42,295 bases of DNA from an uncultured Pseudomonadota bacterium (lineage in GTDB: Bacteria; BMS3Abin14), in assembly GCA_964454175.1 (NCBI GenBank), contig CAYVSA010000011.1, forward strand, positions 1 through 42,295. Reading direction: 5' to 3'. Shown in pieces: positions 8,722 to 18,080 of the stretch. The translations under genes and the position numbers were made by a program. Below the pieces are notes generated by a model. That model was not told the origin of the DNA, searched no databases, and saw nothing but the letters and a program-made list of their open reading frames with translations. How positions within the stretch are numbered: position 1 is the first letter of the stretch; each line of letters opens with the position of its first letter.

Positions 8722-9716
8722 ATCAGGTTCCCTTTTGTCATGTCTTCATCCCCGAGGCCGAAAAAGTCAACAGCCCGCTCGACTATCTCCCCGGGACTGT
8801 CTGATCTGTTGATAAGCGCCCTGAAGCCAGAGCCATCCGGAAGGCCTTTGCTATACCAGGCGAGGTGCTTTCGCAAGTGGCCCACAGCACGCCGGTCCGG
8901 CATGGACTCCAGTATGAGCCTGATGTGCAGGGCCGTAAAATACGGCCTGAGCTGGTCATCTCCGGGCACTGGTTCTCCGGCGATCTCCTTTAGTATCGAC
9001 GTAAACACCCACGGACGACCGAGAGAGCCGCGTCCGATAAGTAACCCGGCACAGTTTGTAATGTCAAATATCCGTCGAACGTCATCAGAGGTCCTTACAT
9101 CTCCGCTTCCCAGAACAGGGATGTCAAGCTCCTTTACCAGGCTGGCTATGGCTTCCCATTGGGCCTTTCCCGAAAAGCCCTGCACACGCGTCCGCGGATG
9201 AAGTATGATGGCGTCAGCGCCGTTGTCGGCCAGAAGCTTTCCGAAAGAAATGTAGTTCGATTCGCTGTCTGACCACCCCAGCCGGATCTTGACAGTGACG
9301 GGGACCCTCACGCTTTCCCTCACGGCCCTCACTATGGCCGATGCCTTCTCTGGCTCTCTCATCAGCTGTATGCCGCTCCCGCTCTTGAGGACTTTTTTAA
9401 CCGGGCACCCCATATTTATGTCGATAATGTCCGCCCCGGACCCGGCGAGTAAAACTGCGGCCTCGGCCATCTCCCCGGGTTCTCTTCCGAATATCTGGGC
9501 TGCCACAGGATGTTCCTCAGCGCTGAATGTCCCCATATCCTGTGTCTGCCGGTTCCTGAAACGCATTGCGCGAGCGCTTATCATCTCGGAAAAAACAAGC
9601 CCCGCCCCGCCAAGGCGGCACACTGTTCTGAAGGGGGTATTAGTTATCCCCGCCATGGGGGCAAGAGCGATCGGGGGGGAGATCTCCAGGTATCTCAGGT
9701 TCAGGATTCTTCGCAC
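8718..9716 (-). CDS. dusB: tRNA-dihydrouridine synthase DusB (NifR3)
   Basis: LAPMAGIT, IDINMGCP, PVTVKIRLGW, HPRT and IGRG..GRPW. Confidence 0.95.
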   Translation of the reverse strand: MRRILNLRYLEISPPIALAPMAGITNTPFRTVCRLGGAGLVFSEMISARAMRFRNRQTQDMGTFSAEEHPVAAQIFGREPGEMAEAAVLLAGSGADIIDINMGCPVKKVLKSGSGIQLMREPEKASAIVRAVRESVRVPVTVKIRLGWSDSESNYISFGKLLADNGADAIILHPRTRVQGFSGKAQWEAIASLVKELDIPVLGSGDVRTSDDVRRIFDITNCAGLLIGRGSLGRPWVFTSILKEIAGEPVPGDDQLRPYFTALHIRLILESMPDRRAVGHLRKHLAWYSKGLPDGSGFRALINRSDSPGEIVERAVDFFGLGDEDMTKGNLI

Positions 9717-11260
9717 ACCAGACTCCGGTCACGAAAATAATCAAAATCATCGTCATGGTCGGGAATGTGGCACCCGCGACAGACACTGGCAGCCGGCACC
9801 CTTATCAGGCGATACTGTTCAGGTGATGATATATGAAGGCCGCCCCTGCCGTGGCATGCCTCACACTGCACATTTACAAGATCCCCCCGCGGCGAATCCT
9901 GGGAATACCCGGTGGATCTCAGGTACCCTGTGACATGGCAGGGCAGGCAGTCGGGGTCGGCATCAGCATCCCTTGGCTTGAGCGTCGACAGGGCAAAAGC
10001 GTGCGCTGTGCCGGACCAGAACTCAAAGCGCCCCAGGTGGCAGTCCTTGCAGGGGGCCGCTCCTGTGTAACGGTCCCTTACATCTCCGGCGTCTTCCAGC
10101 AGTTGGGCATCCTTGCCGGTATTTTTCAGTTCTTTGCGGTATTTCCTGACCATGGAGGCGATCCTGCGATCGTCTCCGAACCTCGAAGTAAGGGATATCA
10201 TCGTGCCGTCATATCTGGTCAGGGAGGCGGCCTTTTGCAGGCTCTTGTCGAGGGCCTCCTGGTCTGAGGGAACCCCGGGCTGGGTCTTGCCTCCCTTGGC
10301 GCTGACCTGTATCTGCTCTCGGAGAAAATCGAGCTTTGCGCCATCGCTCCACCCGCGGTGTTCGCCGGAAAAGCCGAGCATCAGTCGACCCATGGCCCGG
10401 CCCTGGAAATAGCCAGCTACTATCAGTGTGTTGCCCACTTTCACGGGATTTTTCATCCAGGTCCTGCTCTTCCCTCCCACAATAATGTCTATCCCGTCGA
10501 CTTTTTTCGCGAGTTCCCGGTCATTGCCGAAACCGATGTGGGTGAGTGCGACTATCAGGTCGCTCTTCTTCCTGAGCTTATTAACGATGGCGGACGAAAC
10601 CGTGATGGGGTCGTCAACCCATGCGTTCGGAAATCGCTCCTCCATAAGGTTAACATCCACACTCCGGGATGTAAGTCCAAAGACACCGATCCTCATCTTC
10701 CCGAGCTTGACAATGATATAGGGGGTGTAGACAGGCTTGCCGTTTGTTGATTTGAGATTTGCCGAGAGAAGTCGAACTGAAGTATATTCCTCCAGATGGT
10801 CCAGATTCTCCCTGCCGATGTACAGGTCCATCTCGCCCACTGCCGCGGCCTGGTATCCCATAGCTTCCATCGATCTCAGGATCATCTCTCCCTTCTTCAC
10901 CGCTGTATTCAGGGCAGTGCCGGAAAGGACTTTCTGGGTAAACAGGTTGCCTGAATCAACGATCAGGGCTCTGGACCCGTCGTGGGTCTCCTGTTTGATA
11001 AAAGTAGCTCGACGGGGAAGACCCCCCATCTGGGCAGTCTTTCAGCCGCACGGGTCGATATATCCATCGATGTCCCCGGTGTAAAGTATCTTGATGGGTT
11101 TAAGGTCAGAAGGCACAGGGGCAGAGCAGCCGGCCAGTATAAATAAGAGGAGAACGAGCCAGAAGAGAGTTTGTGATATTATGGTCTCTGGTTTCTGGCT
11201 TGCCGCGTCGTATTTTCTCCTCTGCCGTAACGAAGACGGGTTTCTGGTTCCTGGTAACAT
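9701..11260 (-). CDS. Predicted selenocysteine-containing lipoprotein: UshA-like (degenerate metallophosphoesterase) domain plus tetraheme c-type cytochrome (519 aa, Sec at TGA 11044-11042)
   Basis: GGAGG-ATG 11260, lipobox LAGC, then ILYTGDIDGYIDPCG-TGA-KTAQ-MGGLPRRA in one frame. SECIS-like hairpin downstream of the TGA. Heme motifs CKDCH, CLPCH, CEACH, CRGCH. Confidence 0.85.
11011..11030 (-). promoter_or_regulatory. Bacterial SECIS element candidate
   Basis: mRNA reads UGA-AAGACUGCCCA (11 nt)-GAUGGGG-GGUCUU-CCCCGUC. The 11-nt spacing and GGUCU apex match the E. coli fdhF SECIS. Confidence 0.75.
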
Positions 11261-11345
11261 CGATCCTCCGTTTCATTCAGGATAACAGTCCAATGACCCG
11301 GGGTTGTTTATCCAAGCCCCGCCTTGATTTATAACCAGTATATAC

Positions 11346-11368
11346 ACGTTGGACGTTGGACCCTGGAC
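11346..11368. repeat. Heptamer tract ACGTTGG-ACGTTGG-ACCCTGG
   Basis: Read directly. Confidence 0.6.
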
Positions 11369-11373
11369 TGAAC

Positions 11374-12594
11374 CTACAACTCCCCCAACATAGCAGCAAC
11401 ACCACTTAGCTGCTCCTTGTCCGGCGGCGGGACCAGTACTATCGACCACCCGCCTCCCCATACTGTGAGCAGGGCACTCTGGAGATCTTCTGTCGGTACT
11501 GTCGCCCCGGTTTTCCAGTCTCTGGTCTGGAATTTCAGGATAACACGGGACCTTTGTTCCAGTCTTCTTTCCAGCCCCGAAAGTGAATCGTCTACCATTT
11601 CCAGCACCTCCGTAAATCCCATCTGGAGTTCGTCCTGGATCTGCCGATGGTAGAGCATGAGTGCAGAGTATGACGGTCCAACTTCCAGTGCCTGGCGAAG
11701 ATCCTGTGATAACCAGAGTCTGCCGTTGTCCGGATCGGTCACGGCTTCGTATGTCAGGTTCTGCGCCAGCTGGATTCCCGGGTTGACCGATCGTGCTGAC
11801 TGTTCCAGGCTTCGGGCGAGGGAGACCAGCCTGGACGTTTTCCATCGGACCCACCTGGAAAAGCGGCGCTTGGCTACCGTATAGGTCCTGCCATCATCGC
11901 CCGTCTTCGTCTGAAGGTGTCTGTAGGGCGGTACAAGGTCGCCTGTATCTTTCATGTATCTTGTTATGTTGGCCCTTGTAAAACCATCTCCCATGCGGGA
12001 AACCATATCGTCCTGCAGCAGGATACCATCCACGCCGGTCGCGGCAAGGTCTTTGAAGAGACCTGTGAGGTATGGCATTACATCGGAGCTGAGTATATCG
12101 AGGTCACCGCTTTGGTAGAACCTGCCTTCCGTTGTTGAGAATTTGACATCTGTAGACAGGTTCCCGGCAGAAAAAGCTGCCTTGCGAGTCACCATCCATG
12201 CGAATGCTTTCATGTTCAGCTCGTGGCTGATACGCACGAAGGGACCTATTATATCCATCAGCAGCGGCGCGCGGTCTGTTGGAAAATATACCCCCTCTGA
12301 GGGCATTGCGGGGCCGTCAGAACCGGCGGCCGGACCGTGAAGCCTGTCTCCTGTAAGGTGGAAGGCGCGGAGAATGATAGTGTCGAAACCAGCATTCTTG
12401 TAAGTCTCGATCTCACTTCGCAATCCCTCGATATCCCTGGATTCGAGAACGAGGATCTGGACGCCCTTCATCCTGGGGAAGTGTGCATCGATACTGGCTA
12501 TTCTGGCGGTGGCGGCACACCCGGAAACAAACAGGGCTGTTACCGTCAGGAAGAGAGCTGTTTTAACCGAATGCCGCTTCGAGGGCCTCATCAA
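11374..12594 (-). CDS. Lipoprotein with a PgaB C-terminal-like (GHL13/GH153-type) glycoside hydrolase domain
   Basis: Lipobox VSGC, GVYFPT, AFAWM and DLA..GVDGILLQDD motifs resembling the PgaB C-terminal barrel. No deacetylase domain. Confidence 0.65.
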   Translation of the reverse strand: MMRPSKRHSVKTALFLTVTALFVSGCAATARIASIDAHFPRMKGVQILVLESRDIEGLRSEIETYKNAGFDTIILRAFHLTGDRLHGPAAGSDGPAMPSEGVYFPTDRAPLLMDIIGPFVRISHELNMKAFAWMVTRKAAFSAGNLSTDVKFSTTEGRFYQSGDLDILSSDVMPYLTGLFKDLAATGVDGILLQDDMVSRMGDGFTRANITRYMKDTGDLVPPYRHLQTKTGDDGRTYTVAKRRFSRWVRWKTSRLVSLARSLEQSARSVNPGIQLAQNLTYEAVTDPDNGRLWLSQDLRQALEVGPSYSALMLYHRQIQDELQMGFTEVLEMVDDSLSGLERRLEQRSRVILKFQTRDWKTGATVPTEDLQSALLTVWGGGWSIVLVPPPDKEQLSGVAAMLGEL

Positions 12595-13918
12595 CAGTCT
12601 CCACTGGAACAGGGGTGATCCCTTTTACATCAGGCACCCTGGTCTTTCCGAGGGGAGGGACGACAGCCTTGTCGAATCCCAGTCTTGCCGCCTCTCTGAG
12701 GCGGTTCTCCAGACGGGCTATCGGTCGAACTTCTCCTGACAGGCCCAACTCACCGGCGAATACGGTGCCGTTGGCTATGGGCAGTTCCCGAATGCTGGAC
12801 ACGATGGCGGCGGCGATACCGAGGTCAGCTGCAGGTTCTGTCAGCCTGAGGCCGCCGGCCACGTTCACGAACACGTCAAGGCCGCCAGTCTGTACACCCG
12901 CGCGTTTATCCAGTACGGCCAGGATGAGCAGGACTTTCGACATTTCCAGTCCTGATGCCGTCCTGCGGGGATTTGGAAAGGGCGTATCCGATACCAGTGC
13001 CTGCACTTCGATGAGCAGCGGCCTTGTGCCCTCCAGCCCCATCACGACGCAGGAACCTGTAGTACGCCTTCCGGGGGAGGGGAGAAACAGGGAGGAAGGG
13101 TCAGTGATCTCCACCAGGCCCCGTCCTGTCATTTCGAAGATGGCGATCTCGTTTGTGGAGCCGTACCTGTTTTTTACTGCCCGGATTATCCTGTGATTGA
13201 GGGCAGTCTCACCCTCAAAGTACAGTACGGTGTCAACAAGGTGCTCCAGTGCTCTCGGGCCTGCCAGGGCGCCGTCCTTTGTAACGTGTCCTATAAGCCA
13301 TGTGGTTATATCGCCTGATTTGGCAAGTGTTACCGCTTCGGCTGCAACCTGGCGGACCTGGCTGATGCTTCCCGGTGCCGAGGCGATATCAGGGTGATGG
13401 AGTGTCTGAACTGAATCCAGGACCAGGATATCGGGGGAAGTGCTGTTCACCGCTTCCGTGACATCGTTAATGTCTGTGGCGGCAAGCACCAGGAGGTTAT
13501 CACTTTCGTCTCCGGTCCTGCTGGCCCTCATACTTATCTGCCGGACGGACTCCTCGGCGGTTACGTATAGTACCCTGCGGCCGCTCCGGGCGACGTTCAT
13601 CAGTATCTGGAGAAGGAGTGTGGATTTCCCCACTCCCGGGTCGCCCCCCAGAAGAACCACAGAACCGGGAACCATGCCGCCGCCCAGTACCAGGTCAAGT
13701 TCGCCAAAGCCGGTCCCGAGCCTGGCAAAAGATTCTTCCTGGATGGCGGTCAGAGGCATCGGCGGCTGCAGGACAGAAGATTTTTTTTGGCCGGATCCCC
13801 GTTCTCTGAGCTCTTCGACAAGGGTGCCCCATGAGCTGCAGTCGGGACAGCGGCCCATCCATTTGGGATTGGTGGCACCGCAGTTCTGACAGATGAAGAT
13901 GGTATGCTGCTTTGCCAT
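12563..13918 (-). CDS. radA: DNA repair protein RadA/Sms
   Basis: C4 zinc finger, GGDPGVGKSTL, KNRYG and Lon-like C-terminal domain. Confidence 0.97.
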   Translation of the reverse strand: MAKQHTIFICQNCGATNPKWMGRCPDCSSWGTLVEELRERGSGQKKSSVLQPPMPLTAIQEESFARLGTGFGELDLVLGGGMVPGSVVLLGGDPGVGKSTLLLQILMNVARSGRRVLYVTAEESVRQISMRASRTGDESDNLLVLAATDINDVTEAVNSTSPDILVLDSVQTLHHPDIASAPGSISQVRQVAAEAVTLAKSGDITTWLIGHVTKDGALAGPRALEHLVDTVLYFEGETALNHRIIRAVKNRYGSTNEIAIFEMTGRGLVEITDPSSLFLPSPGRRTTGSCVVMGLEGTRPLLIEVQALVSDTPFPNPRRTASGLEMSKVLLILAVLDKRAGVQTGGLDVFVNVAGGLRLTEPAADLGIAAAIVSSIRELPIANGTVFAGELGLSGEVRPIARLENRLREAARLGFDKAVVPPLGKTRVPDVKGITPVPVETVDEALEAAFG

Positions 13919-13924
13919 CCGGGA

Positions 13925-15367
13925 TCAGGGAATGCCTATGCTGGAGATGACGTATTTGAGGTCGTCGTCCACGAAACGGAGCCCCATCCCCAGTAGGAGG
14001 TTGGGGTTTCTGTCGCTGTGGACGATGTCATCCAGTCCGAAATCCAGGTGGAAGAATTTGAGGAACTTGTAGGATAGGGCAAGGCGCAGCCTTGGATTCT
14101 GCGTTCTGTCGAGATCCCAGATATCGAAAGACATCTTCAGGTTTTCGTTCATCTGGTACCTGTCCACGCCCGCTCCGAAGGAGGATTCTATATATCCGAT
14201 CCTGAAAATGGTGTCGTAGTAGCGTTTTCCCAGTTCCACCGAGAATTTGAACTTATCTCTGAATACCTCTTCCTGGGTGGTTGTGGTCGTCGTGGTCCCC
14301 CCGGTCGTGACAGTAGTAGTCCTGGTCTCGAACTCTCTTAAGCCTTCCGGGTCGTCTACCAGTTCGAATCGATAGAACTTGTCTGGGGTGGGGTTAATGT
14401 CCAGGGTCAGGTAGCCTTTTGTCCCGTCCGTTTCTGTCAGGTAGTGACCGTGGAGATCTACCTCCAGCTTTATGGAATCAGCTCTTGTAAGGGCTTTATT
14501 CAGACCGCCAAGCGTGTCGTTGAGATTGTTATAGGTCTCATCTTCATTTATGAGCTTTCCAACGGTGCCCTCGCCTTCTTCGATCTTCCTGGAAATTGCC
14601 TTTATTGACTCCAGGGTTTCTTCAAGGACCTCGGTGTTGCGCCGGAGGCGGTCGACGGTCACCCTGACGCTCTCCCTGTTGTCGTCTATCAGTCCGGTAA
14701 CCTGTTCGGATGCCCGTTCCATTTTCGCGGCAAGCCTCGGGATGTCGTCCTTCAGTCTCTCGGACGCCTCCTTAATATTTTTAATAACACCCCTGACGTC
14801 CTCCCGGTTCTCCGACACGAGCAAATCGAGGTTCTCTGACAGCTTTCGGGTGTTTGTCAGGATGTCGGCTAAAGAACGCTCACCCTCCCCGGATGCAACA
14901 ACCTTCTCAAGGCTCCCGAGGATCTTGGTGAGACTGTCCCCTGCCGCGCTCAGGGATTCGAGGAGGCTCTCCATGTCCACAGGGACCTTGGTGGCGCGTG
15001 ACGTCTCTCCGGGGTTGTAGTCCCTGTCTGAAGAGCCAGGCTGGATCTCGATGTACTTGTCTCCCAGGATCCCCTGGGATCTGATGGCAAAGGTTGCGTC
15101 CTTGTCCACACGCACCTCGTCGTTGATCGACAGGGTCACGAGAGCTTTCCTGTCCCTGATGAAGATGGCTTTGACCCTTCCAACGCTGACACCCACCATC
15201 CTTACAGGGGCGTTTGTCTCCAGTCCGCTTGCATTGTCGAAAACGGCATTAATCTCATAACCCCTGCCTTCTCCAACATGGGTGACTTTCATCGTCCCCC
15301 AGATGAAGATCATGAAGGCTGTCACAATGACCAGGCCGAGGCGGGCTTCCGTGCTGAATTTCGACAT
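13925..15367 (-). CDS. mlaD: MlaD/MCE-family protein with a long helical region and C-terminal beta-rich domain
   Basis: N-terminal TM, MCE motifs (FDNASGL..APVRMVGV.VG.V; GILGDKYIEI.PG), EGEGTVGKLINED, then alternating beta strands. Confidence 0.85.
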   Translation of the reverse strand: MSKFSTEARLGLVIVTAFMIFIWGTMKVTHVGEGRGYEINAVFDNASGLETNAPVRMVGVSVGRVKAIFIRDRKALVTLSINDEVRVDKDATFAIRSQGILGDKYIEIQPGSSDRDYNPGETSRATKVPVDMESLLESLSAAGDSLTKILGSLEKVVASGEGERSLADILTNTRKLSENLDLLVSENREDVRGVIKNIKEASERLKDDIPRLAAKMERASEQVTGLIDDNRESVRVTVDRLRRNTEVLEETLESIKAISRKIEEGEGTVGKLINEDETYNNLNDTLGGLNKALTRADSIKLEVDLHGHYLTETDGTKGYLTLDINPTPDKFYRFELVDDPEGLREFETRTTTVTTGGTTTTTTTQEEVFRDKFKFSVELGKRYYDTIFRIGYIESSFGAGVDRYQMNENLKMSFDIWDLDRTQNPRLRLALSYKFLKFFHLDFGLDDIVHSDRNPNLLLGMGLRFVDDDLKYVISSIGIP

Positions 15368-15380
15368 TAATTATTCCTTT

Positions 15381-16151
15381 TCAGTACACCAGTTCTTCTG
15401 TGATCGGTCCCTGGGCCCTTCCGTGTATGAACTGCTGGACGAAGGGGCTGTCAGAACCTCTGATCTCATCGGGTGACCCCTGTGCGATTATCCTCCCTTT
15501 GTACAACATGGCGATGCTGTCCGCAATCTTGTATGCGCTCGTCATGTCGTGGGTAATGGTTATTGAAGTGATGCCCAGATCCTCTCTGAGCTGAATTATG
15601 AGGTCGTTAATAGCATCGGCCATTATGGGGTCCAGTCCTGTTGTGGGCTCGTCGTAAAGGAGTATTTCTGGCTCGGTTGCGATGGCCCTGGCAAGACCGA
15701 CCCTCTTCTTCATCCCGCCGGAAAGCTCTGAGGGGAAAAGATCCAGTATGCCAACCAGACCGACCTGCTTTAATTTTTCGGCCGCTATTTCCCTTATCTG
15801 CTTCTCCGGGAGTTTCCTTTCCCGGATCAGGGCAAACCCGACGTTCTCCCAGACTTTCAGGGAGTCGAACAGGGCCGCGCCCTGGAAGAGCATTCCGAAT
15901 TTTTTTCTTATCCTGTCCGTCTCCCCTGGTTCAATACCAACCATGGGATCATTATCAATGAAAATTTCCCCGGCATCAGGTTCTATGATCCCAATAACGC
16001 ACTTTATGAGAACGCTCTTTCCCACACCGCTGCCGCCAATGACGACGACGCTCTCCCCTGCATTGACCCTGAGGTTCACACCATCGAGGACCACCTTCGT
16101 GCCGAAGGCTTTTTCCACTTCCCTGACTCGTATCTTTATTGCGCCGTCCAT
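15381..16151 (-). CDS. mlaF: MlaF-family ABC ATPase
   Basis: GGSGVGKS, FQGAALFDSL, ELSGGMKKRVGLARA and DEPTTGLDP. Confidence 0.92.
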   Translation of the reverse strand: MDGAIKIRVREVEKAFGTKVVLDGVNLRVNAGESVVVIGGSGVGKSVLIKCVIGIIEPDAGEIFIDNDPMVGIEPGETDRIRKKFGMLFQGAALFDSLKVWENVGFALIRERKLPEKQIREIAAEKLKQVGLVGILDLFPSELSGGMKKRVGLARAIATEPEILLYDEPTTGLDPIMADAINDLIIQLREDLGITSITITHDMTSAYKIADSIAMLYKGRIIAQGSPDEIRGSDSPFVQQFIHGRAQGPITEELVY

Positions 16152-16927
16152 CAGAAGAAAAATGCGGTCAGGAAATAGTTTGAGATGAGAATAAGGATAG
16201 ATGCTACTACCACCGCCCTGGTAGTGGCTTTTCCCACGCCCTCAGCGCCGCCGCTCGTAAAAAAGCCCATGTAACAGCCCACGAGAGCGATTATCATCCC
16301 GAAAACAGCGGACTTGAAAAGCCCGACGGTAATATCAGCAAACTCAAGGTACTGCAGAGTCCGGTTTACATAGATCGAACTGCTTGTTCCAAGGGCTGTC
16401 ACCGCAACGGTGTATCCTCCGAATATCCCGATGAGGTCAGCGAAGACCACCAGGAATGGCAGCATTATCAAAGAAGCCACGAACCTGGGAACGACCAGGT
16501 AGTTCACCGGATCAGTGGCAAGGGTCACCAGGGCGTCTATTTGTTCGGTAACCCGCATTGTGCCGAGTTCGGCGGCCATGGCAGAGCCTACCCGCCCAGC
16601 CACCATGATGCTGGCCAGGACCGGGCCCAGCTCTCTGGTCATGGAGAGGGCGACCACCGTTCCAACGAGGCCTTCAGCCCCGAATCGTTTGAACCCTGAA
16701 AAGGTCTGAAGAGCCAGGACAGCTCCGGTAAATATGGCTGTGATCATGACAACGGGCATGGACCTGACGCCCACTTCTTCCATCTGCTGGATGGTCAGTC
16801 TCAACGGGAACGGTCTCTTGAAGATACCTCTTAGCGTTTTGCCCAGAAGGATGAGCATGCGTCCGCTCTCCTCCAGAAAGGAGAGGCTTCTCGAGCCCAG
16901 CCATTCGAGAATCGTGACAGGGGTCAC
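16151..16927 (-). CDS. mlaE: MlaE-family ABC permease
   Basis: RELGPVL, AELGTMRVTEQIDAL and GAEGVGKATTRAVV. Confidence 0.93.
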   Translation of the reverse strand: MTPVTILEWLGSRSLSFLEESGRMLILLGKTLRGIFKRPFPLRLTIQQMEEVGVRSMPVVMITAIFTGAVLALQTFSGFKRFGAEGLVGTVVALSMTRELGPVLASIMVAGRVGSAMAAELGTMRVTEQIDALVTLATDPVNYLVVPRFVASLIMLPFLVVFADLIGIFGGYTVAVTALGTSSSIYVNRTLQYLEFADITVGLFKSAVFGMIIALVGCYMGFFTSGGAEGVGKATTRAVVVASILILISNYFLTAFFF

Positions 16928-18069
16928 GGGCGATTCCTGTGTATCCGGGATATCCTTCCCGAAATCCCGCAGAAGATCTCGTAGGAGATGGTGCCGGCAA
17001 TGTCCGCCATTTCCTCGGCAGGCATACTCGCGCTGCCCTGCACTCCAAGAAGGACAACCTCATCTCCAAACTCCACTTCGGGAGCGTCAGTTACATCTAC
17101 CATGGAAAGGTCCATGCAGACCCTCCCTACGATGGGAAGCTTGCGGCCCCGGATGAGGACCCTGCCCCTGTTGGTGAGGCTGCGGCTGTAGCCGTCGGCG
17201 TAGCCTGCCGAAATGGTAGCGATGCGGCTCGGGCGCTTCGTCACAAACGCGTGGCCGTAACTGACACCGGTTCCCGCGGGGACTTCACGCACCTGCAGCA
17301 CACGGCATTTCCAGGTCAGGATGGGGATGATGCCCGACCCAGGTATCTTCGTAGAGGGACTGGCACCGTAGAGCATGATGCCTGGTCGAACGCCGGTTCC
17401 TTCAGGGAAGCTGGAGGTGAGTATGGCCGCGGAGTTGGCCAGGTGAAATAGATCAAGGGGCAGAATAGCGGCTTCGGGTGAGTTGCGAACGGTTTCAAAA
17501 CGGGCGATCTGCTCAGTCGTGAACTCCTTATCAGAAAGATCAGCGTTCGCGAAATGGGAAAAAACCCCAACGAGATCGATCCCTTTCATGCCGGCGACCC
17601 GTGAGATCGCCGCGGGGGCGTCGGGCCAGGGTACACCCAACCGGGACATTCCAGTGTCAACCTTCAGGTGTACGCGGGCCTTTTTCCCGGCAGCAGAGGC
17701 CAAATGATCCAGTTCCTGTGCAATTGCCATGTGGGGCAGGGAGATCTCCAGATCCCACCGCAGCCCGGCCTCAAGTTCTGAAGGTACGATCCTCCCGAGA
17801 ACGAGTATTCTCTGAGTGATGCCAGCCGCTCGAAGCTCTCGTCCCTCTTCGATCGTGGCCACACCGAGGATATCAGCGCCAGCGCGGGTCAGAGTTCTGC
17901 TCACCTCTACGGCGCCGTGCCCGTAGGCGTTGGCCTTCACAATTGGCAGTACCCTGGTGCCGTCCGGTACAAGGTCCGATACGATGGCGAAGTTTCCAGC
18001 CAGAGCATCGTGGTCGATCTCTGCCCAGCAGGTTTGGGATACAGTGTTAAGCTTGAAATGATCGTCCAT
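16924..18069 (-). CDS. alr: Alanine racemase
   Basis: IVKANAYGHG (PLP lysine), HLKVDTGMSRLG, GYADG, GRVCMD and TISYE. Confidence 0.97.
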   Translation of the reverse strand: MDDHFKLNTVSQTCWAEIDHDALAGNFAIVSDLVPDGTRVLPIVKANAYGHGAVEVSRTLTRAGADILGVATIEEGRELRAAGITQRILVLGRIVPSELEAGLRWDLEISLPHMAIAQELDHLASAAGKKARVHLKVDTGMSRLGVPWPDAPAAISRVAGMKGIDLVGVFSHFANADLSDKEFTTEQIARFETVRNSPEAAILPLDLFHLANSAAILTSSFPEGTGVRPGIMLYGASPSTKIPGSGIIPILTWKCRVLQVREVPAGTGVSYGHAFVTKRPSRIATISAGYADGYSRSLTNRGRVLIRGRKLPIVGRVCMDLSMVDVTDAPEVEFGDEVVLLGVQGSASMPAEEMADIAGTISYEIFCGISGRISRIHRNRP

Positions 18070-18080
18070 GAATTTATCTA

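Noticed and set aside
11042-11044. TGA as a nonsense mutation, two separate genes, or an alternative genetic code
   Set aside because: The CxU context, correctly spaced SECIS-like hairpin and need for the upstream signal peptide favour Sec. TGA is a normal stop in many other genes here (typA, pth, tsaD). Not formally excluded without finding the sel genes.
11273-11854. 193-aa minus-strand ORF
   Set aside because: It is an alternative frame overlapping the PgaB-like gene and shows no protein-like motifs.
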